A DNA stretch of 64,000 bases. Origin: Octopus vulgaris (Eukaryota). Position 1 is the stretch's first letter. Every line of letters starts with the position of its first letter. The stretch lies in NCBI GenBank assembly GCA_951406725.2, contig OX597827.1:55552001-55616000 (forward strand). The letters run 5' to 3'. A model generated the notes under the pieces. That model saw nothing but the letters and a program-made list of their open reading frames with translations. It was not told where the DNA came from and did no database searches. Below are positions 26,523 to 38,877 of this stretch, in pieces. Made by a program: the position numbers and the translations under genes.

Positions 26523-27585
26523 TTGACCCCAATACTCAACTGGTATTTATTTTATCAACCCCAGTGCTCAACTGGTACTTATTTTATCGACCCCAGTACT
26601 CAACTGGTATTTATTTTATCAACCCCAGTACTCAACTGGAACTTATTTTATCAACGCCAGTGCTCAACTGGAACTTATTTTATCAACCCCAGTGCTCAAC
26701 TGGAACTTATTTTATCTATCCCAGTGCTCAACTGGAACTTATTTTATCAACGCCAGTGCTCAACTGGAACTTATTTTATCAACCCCAGTGCTCAACTGGA
26801 ACTTATTTTATCAACCCCAGTGCTCAACTGGAACTTATTTTATCAACGCCAGTGCTCAACTGGAAATTATTTTATCAACCCCAGTGCTCAACTGGAACTT
26901 ATTTTATCAACCCCAGTACTCAACTGGTACTTATTTTATCAACACCAGTGCTCAACTGGAACTTATTTTATCAACCCCAGTGCTCAACTGGAACTTATTT
27001 TATCAACCCCTGTGCTCAACTGGAACTTATTTTATCTACCCCAGTGCTCAACTGGAACTTATTTTATCTACCCCAGTGCTCAACTGGAACTTATTTTATC
27101 TACCCCAGTGCTCAACTGGTACTTATTTTATCAACCCCAGTACTCAACTGGTACTTATTTTATCTACCCCAGTGCTCAACTGGAACTTATTTTATCAACC
27201 CCAGTGCTCAACTGGTACTTATTTTATCGACCCCAGTACACAACTGGTACTTATTTTATCTACCCCAGTGCTCAACTGGAACTTATTTTATCTACCCCAG
27301 TGCTCAACTGGAACTTATTTTATCCACCCCAGTGCTCAACTGGAACTTATTTTATCAACCCCAGTGCTCAACTGGAACTTATTTTATCTACCCCAGTACT
27401 CAACTGGAACTTATTTTATCGACCCCAGTACTCAACTGGTACTTATTTTATCAACCCCAGTACTCAACTGGTACTTATTTTATCTACCCCAGTGCTCAAC
27501 TGGTACTTATTTTATCAACCCCAGTGCTCAACTGGTGCTTATTTTATCAACCCCAGTGCTCAACTGGTACTTATTTTGTCAACAC
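26523..27585. repeat. 32-bp minisatellite (~33 copies) inside a SINE family B copy
   Basis: Unit tcaaccccagtgctcaactggaacttatttta with internal CCAGT/ACTGG palindrome; SINE flanks at 26465-26520 and 27585-27690. Confidence 0.95.
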
Positions 27586-28046
27586 CAAAAGGATGAAAAG
27601 CAAATTTGAACTCTGAACATAAAGATAGACAAAATGCTGCTAAGCATTTTGCCAGATGTGCTAATGATTCTACCAGCTTGCTGCCTTGAATCAGTCAAAT
27701 ATTGGAGTCAATTCAATCAATTCCAGTACTTGACTAAACCTCTCCCCTGAAATTTCTGGCCTGGTGTCTATGTTTGGAAAAATTAATATTATTGTTTTAT
27801 ATCTTTCTTATCTTGATAATTGTGATTAATGATTTCAGATTATAACAAAGTTATCTATAATTAGACAACTTTATTATGATCTTAAATCAAGATAAGAAAG
27901 ATATTAAAAAAATAAAAAGAATTAATAAAAAAAATTACCTCCACCCCAAAAAAAACAAACAAACAGGCAAAAAAAAAAAGGACAAACATTGCAGATCATC
28001 AGAAGAATTACATACTATCAAAATGAATGAAATATAGTGAACATAC

Positions 28047-28244
28047 AGGATTTTTGTTGTTTCCCTGAGGTATTAAGAGAGCCTTCTGCTGTTTAACTAA
28101 ATAGGACACTAGCAATGGCACTTCTCTCTTGTCCTTGAACAGATCAGCATGTTGTTCCACCAGACTATTGTAATCTATAATGTCACTCTCCTGGTGAGTT
28201 CGCACGCGTTCTAAGTGAATGCTTAACAGCTGCTCTGCTTTCTT
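28047..28244 (-). CDS. CHMP7: CHMP7 coding exon 3: KKAEQLLSIHLERVRTHQESDIIDYNSL...LLVSYLVKQQKALLIPQGNNKNP
   Basis: attgcag acceptor, gtatgt donor; 198 nt; second winged-helix region ('K.AE.L'). Confidence 0.9.
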
Positions 28245-28974
28245 CTGCAATTAGATATTTCAACAACACTAACTTTGGTAGAAAGCATATAAATAAACAC
28301 ACGACAGACTTAAAAAACAATAACAATAAAAATTGCATACATATATGCATTTTAACAGTTTATTTTGTACTTTTATACAAACCTAGAATGATAAAACTTT
28401 TATTCTACTCTCTCTCACACACACTTAAGAAATTGATAGTTCTGGATATTTTACATATAACAATATTTATCTAATGTCAACAGATGAATTTTAATTTTTT
28501 TTTTGAATTATGAAGAGTAAAAAAAAATATTTTTAATAATATATTTGGTATAGACATCCAAACGGTGATATTGCAAAAGTTTTATAGAGAAATTTCTCTT
28601 TTTTTTTATTTCTAGTTAAAAAAACAACAAAAAAAAACAAAAAAAGCTAAACATTTCCAACATACACTTTGGCACTTTTGGTTAATCAACCTGTTAACAA
28701 AAGGATACAATATAATAAACAACAACAATAACAACAGTATAGTAAAGTTATGAAGATTATCTGAAGCTGATCATGCAAATAGAAACTAAAAAAATATTTG
28801 CTTTTAAATTACATACTATGCATCTTTATTGTAGTAGGCAAGGGCCATGATGACTAAATGGAGAAAGTGTTAGCCTCTTATTGAAGTGTGTATTGCTCTG
28901 AGATAGGACCAATCAAACCACTGAACATATACTGCTCTTTATATATATATATATATATACACATATATATATGA

Positions 28975-29150
28975 TAGATTGTTAGCCACTACACACATTG
29001 TTTTTCTCTCCTTGTTTTTTCTGTGTCCCTTTTTGTAGAAGAGCATAGGCTCGAAACGTAAAAGACTTTTTCTATTCCTGAGCGTTATACTAATACATCT
29101 GTTTGCTTTGTACCCCACCTGTCTTTGTCTTTTGATTTTTCGTAAACTCT

Positions 29151-29155
<5 letters not shown>
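28975..29155 (+). mobile_element. Family H copy 3 (hammerhead-like core)
   Basis: ttgtagaagagcataggctcgaaacgtaaaagac; flanked on both sides by (TA)n. Confidence 0.7.
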
Positions 29156-29196
<41 letters not shown>

Positions 29197-29198
<2 letters not shown>

Positions 29199-29444
29199 CT
29201 AAATTGAGGGAATGGAGTAGGTAAAATTCAGGCTACATATGTTTCCTAACTAGCAAGAGATTAACCCTGTGAGTTAACTTGGAATCCTTTGATGACAATT
29301 TAATCTTCATTTAATTAAGGTATTGTCAACCTGATGAGTAGCTAGTGGAGTACCCCTCATTGAGTAAATATTACTTCTGAAGTTCTGCTGGCTAGGAAAC
29401 GTATGTAGCCTGGATTTTACCTGCTCCATTCCCTCAATTTGGAT
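29197..29444. repeat. Fold-back element (~55-bp arms) containing CTGATGA...GAAAC motif
   Basis: aaattgagggaatggagtaggtaaaattcaggctacatatgtttcctaactagca / tgctggctaggaaacgtatgtagcctggattttacctgctccattccctcaattt. Confidence 0.8.
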
Positions 29445-29564
29445 TTCTATTCGCATACATAGCAACCCTAGTTGCTAACCATGAACTATTTTATATCTTC
29501 TACAGGCTGCTTGGATCTTACATTTACATATCGTTATATATATATATACACATACACACGCACA

Positions 29565-29778
29565 CACAAAGGGGTGGTGAAATTTTCCTGGCTTGCGGTA
29601 AAAGAAAATACAGGAGGATCAGTTGATTATCATTTTATTCAGCACATTCCCCCCACAGGCTTATTGCAGCAGTCCTTCAGGTTTTCTAAGCCTTGTAAAA
29701 GAACTCAGAAGGTTGGGCCTCCAACCAGGCCTTTTGCAATACCTTTAAAGCCAGGAACCTAACAGCACCCCCTTGTAT
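29565..29778. mobile_element. mariner-like MITE
   Basis: Reverse homolog of 54760-54979; ggggtggtgaaattttcctggctt ... aagccaggaacc...cagcaccccc. Confidence 0.6.
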
Positions 29779-30003
29779 ATCTATAAGAAGTAAAAGGGAT
29801 TAATAAATCCCAGTGATATCAATAAAGCACTCAGTGTAAAACGAATTTGGTTAATTATACCCAACAATCAAACACCAATAAATGCAAGTGGAATTAACAT
29901 CCAAAGTAATTCTTCATGTATGACAAGTAACTCTAAATATCACTTAAAAGAATTTCAAGAAATTCAGAGAATAAGACAATAAGAATATGAATGGAGAAAA
30001 TTG

Positions 30004-30080
30004 ATAATGTCACTCTCTTGGAGAGTTAGCATGCATTCTAAATGAATGCTTAACAGCTGCTCTCCTTTCTTCTGCAATTA
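30004..30080 (-). pseudogene. Duplicated fragment of CHMP7 exon 3 (acceptor + first 68 nt)
   Basis: 70/77 identical to 28177-28253, same orientation. Confidence 0.85.
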
Positions 30081-30119
30081 ATCAACAATTAGGGAAGTGA
30101 TTTTCTCCATTCTTATTCT

Positions 30120-30154
<35 letters not shown>

Positions 30155-33100
30155 GATCCCGAAATGGAGAACCAAGCTAATGAGCTAGTGAGGGAAGCCC
30201 CTGCAAGAAATAGCACTCAAATCTCTCTCAGATCAAACCCTATTGTTTTAAATCAGGAAAGGACACATTTGGCAGTGTAGTCCTACATACCTCTAAAAAG
30301 ACAGGATGGTCACAGCTACAGGGTTGATCTTGGCTTAAATACAACAACAACAACAACAAATATGCTGGTGGTCCCTAATGCCAAAATAAGAGCTAAGGCC
30401 ATCTGAATCTCAGCAGATAGTATGCAAAAAACTATGGTTAAAAGGTGCTACTGGTGCTGCCAATGTCACTGCTACAATAACTATCATCAACACATTCCAG
30501 ACCTGTTAATTATAGGATGTGTAGCATTAGATAATGAGTAGTCATTGTTATACTACTCACAGGAATATGGTGGGGTTTATACCCTCATCCATCCTAAACC
30601 AGCCATATCTGGCCCAAATATTCTCTATCTTTTTTTATGTTCAAACCAGCTAGATCTAGCCTCATGCACCTATCCTACAATATCATTTAACAACAACAAC
30701 AACAACAATAACAACCGCCGCCGCCGCCACCACTACCACCACCATCATCATCATCATCATTTAACGTCCGCTTTCCATGCTAGCATGGGTTGGACGATTT
30801 GACTGAGGTCTGGTGAACCAGACTCCAATCTGATCTGGCAGAGTTTCTACAGCTGGATACCTTTCCTAACGCCAACCACTCCGAGAGTGTAGTGGGTGCT
30901 TTTACGTGCCACCGGCACGAGGGCCAATTGAAATACAAGATTAATTCATGATTAATTCAAAACAATGTGAATAAATAAGGATTATATTTGACAGAGTAAT
31001 CTGAATGCTGAAGGGTTAAAGCACAAGTAGCACTGAGATTTCTTTAGGGTTTTTAGTCAAAATCTCATGGCTTGAAGACACTTAGAAGGCATCAGTATCA
31101 GTTGATAAAAATGACTTAGTACTTGACTAGTACTTTATTTTACTGATTCTGGAAGGATGAAAGACGTAACTGACTTAGGTGGGATACAAGCTATGAACAC
31201 AAAGGACTATAATTAAATAATAGTTTTGTGATCATTGATTCATAAGCAATTAAGGTTGAAATCATGTGATCTGGTGGTCATGACACTGGAGGTGACAGGG
31301 ATTTAACTCCACACAAGCGGTATAAACATGAGTGCACTTTGCACCAAAAGCCAATATGAGAGTTTCTCTCATGATATCTACTACAGTATAGTTTGTTCTA
31401 ACAGAATATCCACATAAGATATTACCTCTTGGTATTAATACAGCCTTTGTTGCTAATATATGTTTTTTAATGACTTAGTGTTAAGACTGAGTCTTCTTGC
31501 ATGAGAATGAATACGAAGGGAAATAAAACTAGTACAAGATTATTTTCATATATATTATAAATACTCCACTCTCACTTTCTGTTTTAATAAACATATTTTC
31601 AAAGTGAACAATTTACAAACAGTTTCTCAAGGATTTATCATATTAAAGGATCACTATGACAGAACAACTGGAAACAGAGGAGCTTTTCTGTTAGTTAGAC
31701 AGCTCACTGTTAGGACAGCATATTTTCTCTACAGACTAATAGTCTTGATTTACAATGCAACCAATGTATAATCATTACTAGCAGAGGTAGTGTCTTTGGG
31801 ACTATGATAATGCCTATGTGATACACTGAGTTTCTATTTAAGGAGAGGAAGAATGAAGACCAACATTACTGACTTCCTTGTCAGATCATGCAAATTGCTA
31901 ATACTGCCAGAGAGGCAAATCACCCAGGTATACCCTGTATTAACTAATGGTGAATTATGTAGTCTTGTAAAGTTCGTTTCAAGATGTCATTTGCAACAAT
32001 AATCATTATCATCACCATTCATCATGTAACATCCACTTTACCATTCTTGCATAAATCAGCTGAAATTGGTTGAGGCTGATTTTCTATGGCTGGATGCCCC
32101 ACATGTGATCAACTCTCACCTGTTTCCCAGCAAGATAATATTTCTTCATAGCCAAACATGTTATTCATGGAAGACTGGAAATAAACAACATCACTTGTAT
32201 GATGGTGATGCTCATTTGCAACCATGATGTCTGGATAAGGTACACATGAATACACACACACATGCATGCATGCACACACACACACACACACAAACACACG
32301 CATACAAACACACATGATGGGATTCTTCTTTCAGTTTCCATCAATCAAATCCACTCTCAAGGATTTGGTTGGCCTGGGGCTATTTTAAAAGACACTTGCC
32401 AAAGGTGTTGTAGAGTGAGATTGAACCTAAGACCATATGGTTGAGGAGTAAGCTTCTTAACCACACAATCATGGCTGTTTCTATGCTATTTCTCCTTGTG
32501 ATACTCTTATTTTAGAAAGCAACAGTTTGTGTCAAATTTGTTAGAAAGATTGGTGGTCCACACTGGCAATAAAATTATAGAAATATGTATAAGATACTAT
32601 GTATAGTATACTAGTTTCCATTTTATGGCCCTGCAGAGAGGTAAATATGCAAATAGGTAAAATCTAACTGACCACTAGGACAATAAATATCAATAATTTT
32701 ACTTCATTCTCCTGTCAAAATTGTAGTTGATGGGGAAAGAAATATAGGGATAATTAAAAGCAGACCACTTTAGTAAAAGTAAAGAGGCTCAATTTTAAAT
32801 GATTAAAAAGGATATTCAAACACATAGTTATAAATAATAGCATGTAAATATTGGGTTGCAAAAACACTTTTGGATAGGAAAGGTCAAACCTGGGTCCAAT
32901 GATAGAATACCTGTCATGGTCTACAGGAGATGCAGGCAGGTCCATCATCAGACTTTGGTGCCTATGAGTGTTTCAAAATATTCTGGGTGGGCACTAATTT
33001 GTAATAATGCTTAAGTGGAGTAAATCTGAGGGTGCACCATTAAATAGTGATGGGGTGGTGGTGCTCTCCAGTCACTGATGAGATCCCTTAGCAACAGGCA

Positions 33101-33308
33101 TGGATGGAGGTTTGAGTCCCACATGCAGCCTTTTAAAAGGGTTTTTCATCCAATATTTACATACCATTATTTATAGCTTTATGTGTGCTTTGGGATCCAT
33201 TATTCAAAAAAAAAAAAAAAAAATTTAAAATTCTCTTGAAAGTTTATAAATTCTTATGTCAACTTTTAGTTATATTTTTATGAAGTGAACACACAAGTTA
33301 TAACTCAC

Positions 33309-33489
33309 CTTCAAGACCTCTGTCATCACACTTTCTTCAAGACATTTATTATTCTTGGAAATCATGCTCGATGCTAAATTCACCGCCCATGATAATGGAC
33401 TTCTGATGAATTTAGCATAACCCCAATACAGCCAACCCATTGAGACACTTTCTGCTTCCAAAACAGACAAAGTTTTCAGTTTACCAATC
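33309..33489 (-). CDS. CHMP7: CHMP7 coding exon 2: (R)IGKLKTLSVLEAESVSMGWLYWGYAKFIRSPLSWAVNLASS...VMTEVLK
   Basis: tttttcag acceptor, gtgagt donor; diagnostic CHMP7 'GW..WG......PL.W' motif; 181 nt. Confidence 0.93.
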
Positions 33490-34616
33490 CTGAAAAAGAA
33501 AACAAAAAAAAAAAATAACTATAGATAAATTATAGTTATACTTGGGGATGTTATATTTTTCACACATTACATCCAATTACCCTTATGCCCAGTTTTTCTC
33601 TCAGCACATACAAATATGTCATTCATGCACACTTACATTGCACATCCAACAAAGCACATTCCCTTCATTTCTTTCCAGTCTTTTCAAGTTCTCTGCATTC
33701 AGGGTTCATGTCTTACTGCTGTGCAGCATTGCAATTCTAACACAAGCACTGTATAATATGCCCTTGATGCCGAGGGAGAAGATCTTTGTTGCCTGCTGCA
33801 GATGTCCCTTGAACATTCTCCAGCCCTTTCTTACCTTGGTTGTTATATGATTTAATATATGAGCAACCCCATTCTCAATCTTACATTATTTTATTGAGTT
33901 CAACATTGATTAATAAAGTAGGATAAAACTGAGAATAGAAAGCTGAAAAATTATGCCTGGATTGAAAGGATGAGCAGTAACACACTGTAAACAAATAAAA
34001 TGCTTGTTAAGAAGCTAGAGGGATCAGATAATTGAGTAGGGAAGTATAAACCAAGTCAAAAGGTTGAGAGATACTGCTGTATGATATAATCAGTGCAACA
34101 AATTTATTTAACAAGAGAATGAAATCCATTACTGTTAAAAACTTGATTCCTGAAAAATAAATAATAAATAACAATAATAATCCTTTCTAATATAGGCATA
34201 AGGCTTAAAATTTTGTGGGAGGGGAAAGTCGATACATCAACCCCAGTACTTGACTGATATTTATTAACTGACCCTGGAAGGTTGAAAGTATAAGTCGATC
34301 TTGGTGGAATTTGAACTCAGAACATAATGAGTTGAAAGAAATACTGCTAGGCATTTTGTCCCAGGCTCTAAAGATTCTATCAGCTCATTGCCTTAACAAC
34401 AACAACCATGACAATAAAATTTTGACACAGGGCTAGCATTTTTTGAGAGTGGAGGTGGATGAAGTTGACTACATTGATTCCAGCACTTGACTGGTAACTT
34501 ATTGTATCAATCTTGAAAAGATGAGTAGTAATGTCGACCTTAGTGGATTTGAACTCAGAATGTAAAGGCAGATGAAATACTGCTAAGAATTTTGTCTGGT
34601 ATGCTAATAATAATAA

Positions 34617-34975
34617 TAAGAGCACTCAGAGAGAGCAAACCTCTGCTAAGGCAACACCAACGTCCTCTCAACGATTAACCAGAGATGATTTTTAAAATGA
34701 GAATATCTGAAATAAACTCGACTGCTCTCACAAACGAGAATGCTAAAAATGAACCTGACCGCTCTCAAAAACTAAGTTAAAAAAACAGGAAAAATAATCC
34801 TTGTCTGGTACCAGATTGCTCCCAAAATCTAATCAGTTTGTGCCAGTTATGAGGCCAAATATTCCTGAAAATTTCAACCAAATCCATCCAGTGGTTCTTG
34901 AGATATCTTGTCCATGGAAAAACAAACAAATACGTCTGAAAACAACACCTCCGCCTTCACAAAGGCAGAGGTAAT
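34617..34975. mobile_element. Non-autonomous Helentron/DINE-1-like element (tentative)
   Basis: Begins aagagcactcagagagagcaaacctctgc; sub-terminal repeat and terminal hairpin acctccgccttcacaaaggcagaggt. Confidence 0.4.
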
Positions 34976-36670
34976 AATAAAAGATACCAATGTTAGTTAC
35001 TAAAAATAAAAAGTAAAGCATACTGATAGAAAAATGGAAAGGACTGATATAAATAAACTAAAATGTGAAAGGGTTTCCTTTAAAATGCTCCATAATACTC
35101 ATTTGTGATTGATTGAAACTAGTTAAAAGAGGAAATGGCAATAGAGGAAAGCTGCAGTGATTATTGTTTGTCTCTTCAATACAGACTGCTTCAGTTAAAA
35201 ATCAGATAAATAACATAGAGTGTAAATGTCACAATGTATAACTTGTAATGATTAAATGCCAGTTATGAAAAATTAATATTGGGAGAAGAAGTTTGGCAAA
35301 AATGTAGAAAAGAAAAAAAACCAACGCTCAGATTTAATGTTTTTGGTTGTTCAGATTTTATTCCCACTGAAAATTGGAAACTGCATCAAAATCAATATCT
35401 ATCATTTCATTGACTTCAAGGATTTAAATATTAAACAATAAAGATCATTAATTTCTGAAAGTTAACATTTTTTTCTATTGCTATTATTATCATTGGCAAA
35501 CTGGCAGAATCTTTAGCATGCCACACAATATGCTTAGTGGTATTTTGCCTGTTGTTACATTCTGAGTTCAAGTTCTGCCAAGGTTGACCTTGCCTTTCAT
35601 CCTTTCAGGGTGTATAAATTAAGTACCAGTTGTATACTGGGGTTGACATAATCGATTACTCCCCTCCCCACAAAATTTCAGGTCTTGTTCTTATGGTAGA
35701 AAGGGTTATTATTATTATATTTATTAAGGCAGCGAGCTGGCAGAAACATTAGCATTCCGGGCAAAATGCTTAGTGGTATTTCGTCAGCTGCTACGTTCTA
35801 AGTTCAAATTCTGCTGAGGTTGACTTTGCCTTTCATCCTTTTCGAGGGGTCAATTAAATAAGTACCAGTTGTGTACTGGAGTTGATGTAATCGACTTAAT
35901 CTGTTTGTTTGTCCCTTCTATGTTTAGCCCCCTGTGAGCAATAAAGAAATAGGCATTTCATTCATCTTTACATTCTGAGTTTAATTTTCGCCTTTCATCC
36001 TTTTGGGATTGATAAAACGAGTACCAGTTGAACACTGGCATGAATGTAATCAACTTACTCCCTTACCCAAAGTTTCAGGCCTTGTGCCTAGATAAATCCC
36101 ATTCAAAAAACAAAAACAAAAAATGTCCCAGACAGTTAAACAGATTTAAAATTTTAAATGGCTGTGTAGTTAAGAGGCTTGTTTTGCAACCATGTGCTTT
36201 TAGGTTCAGTTTCATCTAAATTTCTATGTTAATTTATACCCCAAATACAAACTTAATAATGACAAAGTTATTTTACTAATTTCTTATTAAAACAAAGGCA
36301 GTGAATTTCAGCAGAAATATGACAACAAAAGGGTGGTTTCAAAGGCAAAATGTCAAAATAGCATTGGACTACAGACTACTATTATATCCTCTTTGGACAA
36401 GCCTCTTCATTCAATATGCCTCAGTTCATTTAGTTAATATTAGAAGCTAAGCAATTGGTGGAAATTTTACCCCATTGCAGTTTAGCATCCTACATGGGAG
36501 AAGTTCTAAATTTATTTAATTAAACCCTTTTGTTACTATATATGTTGAAATACACTGCCCCTGCTGGTATAAATTTTGAAAATAACAAAGAATTTAGTAA
36601 AATAAGTTTGTCACTATTAAGGTCGTTTTTGAAATGTAAGTCAGCATGCAACTTTGATGGAACATTTTCA

Positions 36671-36902
36671 ATTAAGTTAAGTTAGGTTAAGTTAACTTTT
36701 TGGTTCAAAAAGCAAAAAGCAAGGCCATGTAGGGGGACATGGAGTTATGTACAGGGAGGGTGTTCATGCAAAGAGTTCAGGCCATTTCTGGTCAAGAGAG
36801 ACTTTGAACCGAGTGGTTGTTGGCATCCTCACTATCTCGTCCGGCAGCTTATTCCACAGATCCACAACACGGACAGAGAAAGCCCCTCTCCTTCGATTGT
36901 GA
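36671..36902 (-). mobile_element. CR1/L2-like LINE 3' end inserted into a piggyBac-type MITE (36521-36982)
   Basis: Minus-strand translation HNRRRGAFSVRVVDLWNKLPDEIV (typical CR1-group C-terminus) followed by a (CTTAA)n tail. Confidence 0.65.
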
Positions 36903-38314
36903 TGAAATTAAATTACTTTGAAAAAGGAAAGTTGTATCATAGAACCAAAGGCCCTCTCAGACAGTTTAGTATCAAAAGGGTTATTACTACAACATCATCA
37001 TTTAATATGTTTTCCATGCTGACATGGGTTGGACAGTTTGACAGGCAGGAGAGCTGCACCAGGTTTCAGTCTGATCTGGCTTGGTTTCTATGGCTGGATG
37101 CCCTTCCTAATGCCAACCACATAATAGAGTATGCTAGATGCTTTTTACATGGCACCAGCACAAATGCTTTTATGTAGCACCAGGATGGGAGCTTTTCATG
37201 TGGTGTCAGTATGGCTGCTTTTACATGGCACCAGCACAGGTCTCTTGTAGGTCAATCCTCTTCAGTAGGGGGAGCGGCATGAGAATTAAGCAATTAATAA
37301 GAATTAGCTACTCATCTTACAGATTTTTGTAGTTTGTAATAAGATTGCCCATTTGTTTTAAGGTAGGCAGAGAACATGATGAGAAGACTAATTGAAGTTT
37401 GTATAGTATGAGATTGATGTGAAATATACTTTGAAGAGCCAAGTTTTTTCACTTTGCAATCCCATGACTTCAGGCTCAGTTCTTTCATATGTTACCTTGA
37501 GCAAGTGGTTTCTAGTATAACCTTGAGCTGGCTAGCACAAGGAAACTATGTACAAGTCTATCATTCATTCATATACACACATATACAGATACATGCATAT
37601 ATATTTGAGTTTGTGTTTGTACATGTGCATGCTCTTCTATGTGTATGCCTTACATTGACATCACTTAAAAACCAGTGTTCAATTATTTTTGTCCCATAAC
37701 TTAAGGGTTTGACAAATAGAGATTGAGAAGATAAGCACCAGACTTAAAAATAAGATCTGGGAGTCAATGTGCTAGACTAAAATTGTTCAAGGTAGTGCCC
37801 AAGCATGGCTGCAGTCTGTTGATTGAACTTGATGGTCTATGTGGGTGTGACAAGAAGGCAAGAAGTGATGAGGGGTAGGTGTTTAAGTGAGAGATGAGAA
37901 GGTGTGGGTGTGTATATCATCCTCATCATCATTGTCATCATTTAATGCCTGTTTTCCATGCTGGCATGGGCTGGATGGTTAGACCAGAGTTGGCAAGCTG
38001 GAGAGCTGAATCAGGTTCCAGTCTGATTTGACTTGGTTTCTACAGCTGGATGTCCCTCCTAATTCAAACCACTATATAGAGTGTGATGAGTGCTTTTAAT
38101 ATGGCACTGGCATGAGCACTTCTATGTGGCATCGACATGAATGTTTTTTACATGGCCCCAACACAAGACTCTTGCAGGGCAATCCTCTTCCCCAGGGGAT
38201 TGGCCTGTAAGAGTCCTGTACTGGTGCCACATATAATGCAAGGTAGCCAATTATCTTCTTCGCATCAAGATATCTGTTCCTATCTCTCTACCATATTTTA
38301 GCCTCTCACCACCT

Positions 38315-38497
38315 AGCACTATCCGACTCGTGGCCGATGCCAGCACGTAAAAAGCACTATCCGACTCGTGGCCGATGCCAGCACGTAAAAAGCACTATCC
38401 GACTCGTGGCCGATGCCAGCACGTAAAAAGCACTATCCGACTCGTGGCCGATGCCAGCACGTAAAAAGCACTATCCGACTCGTGGCCGATGCCAGCA
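38315..38497. repeat. 38-bp minisatellite (~4.8 identical copies) inside a SINE family C copy
   Basis: Unit agcactatccgactcgtggccgatgccagcacgtaaaa. Confidence 0.9.
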
Positions 38498-38767
38498 CCG
38501 CCTCGACTGGCTTCCGTGCCAGTGGCACATAAAATACACCAATCCGACCGTGGCCGTTGCCAGCCTCACCTGGCACCTGTGCAGGTGGCACGTAAAAAGC
38601 ACCCACTACACTCACGGAGTGGTTGGTGTTAGGAAGGGCATCCAGCTGTAGAAACATTGCCAGATAAGACTGGAGCCTGGTGCAGCCTTCTGGCTTCCCA
38701 GATCCCCGGTCAAACCGTCCAACCCATGCTAGCATGGAGAACGGACGTTAAACGATGATGATGATGA

Positions 38768-38768
<1 letters not shown>
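38498..38768 (+). mobile_element. SINE family C copy with (GAT)n tail
   Basis: ggaagggcatccagctgtagaaac...ccgtccaacccatgctagcatggagaacggacgttaaacgatgatgat; reverse copies at ~4150, 19200, 23945, 30745, 37915, 41630, 57670. Confidence 0.75.

Positions 38769-38862
<94 letters not shown>
38769..38862. repeat. (TA)n microsatellite
   Basis: Direct reading. Confidence 0.95.
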
Positions 38863-38877
38863 CATACATATATACAT

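Noticed and set aside
26498-27616. Three long ORFs (372/360/305 aa) as a protein-coding gene
   Set aside because: They arise from a stop-free 32-bp tandem unit derived from a SINE; no splice or domain evidence
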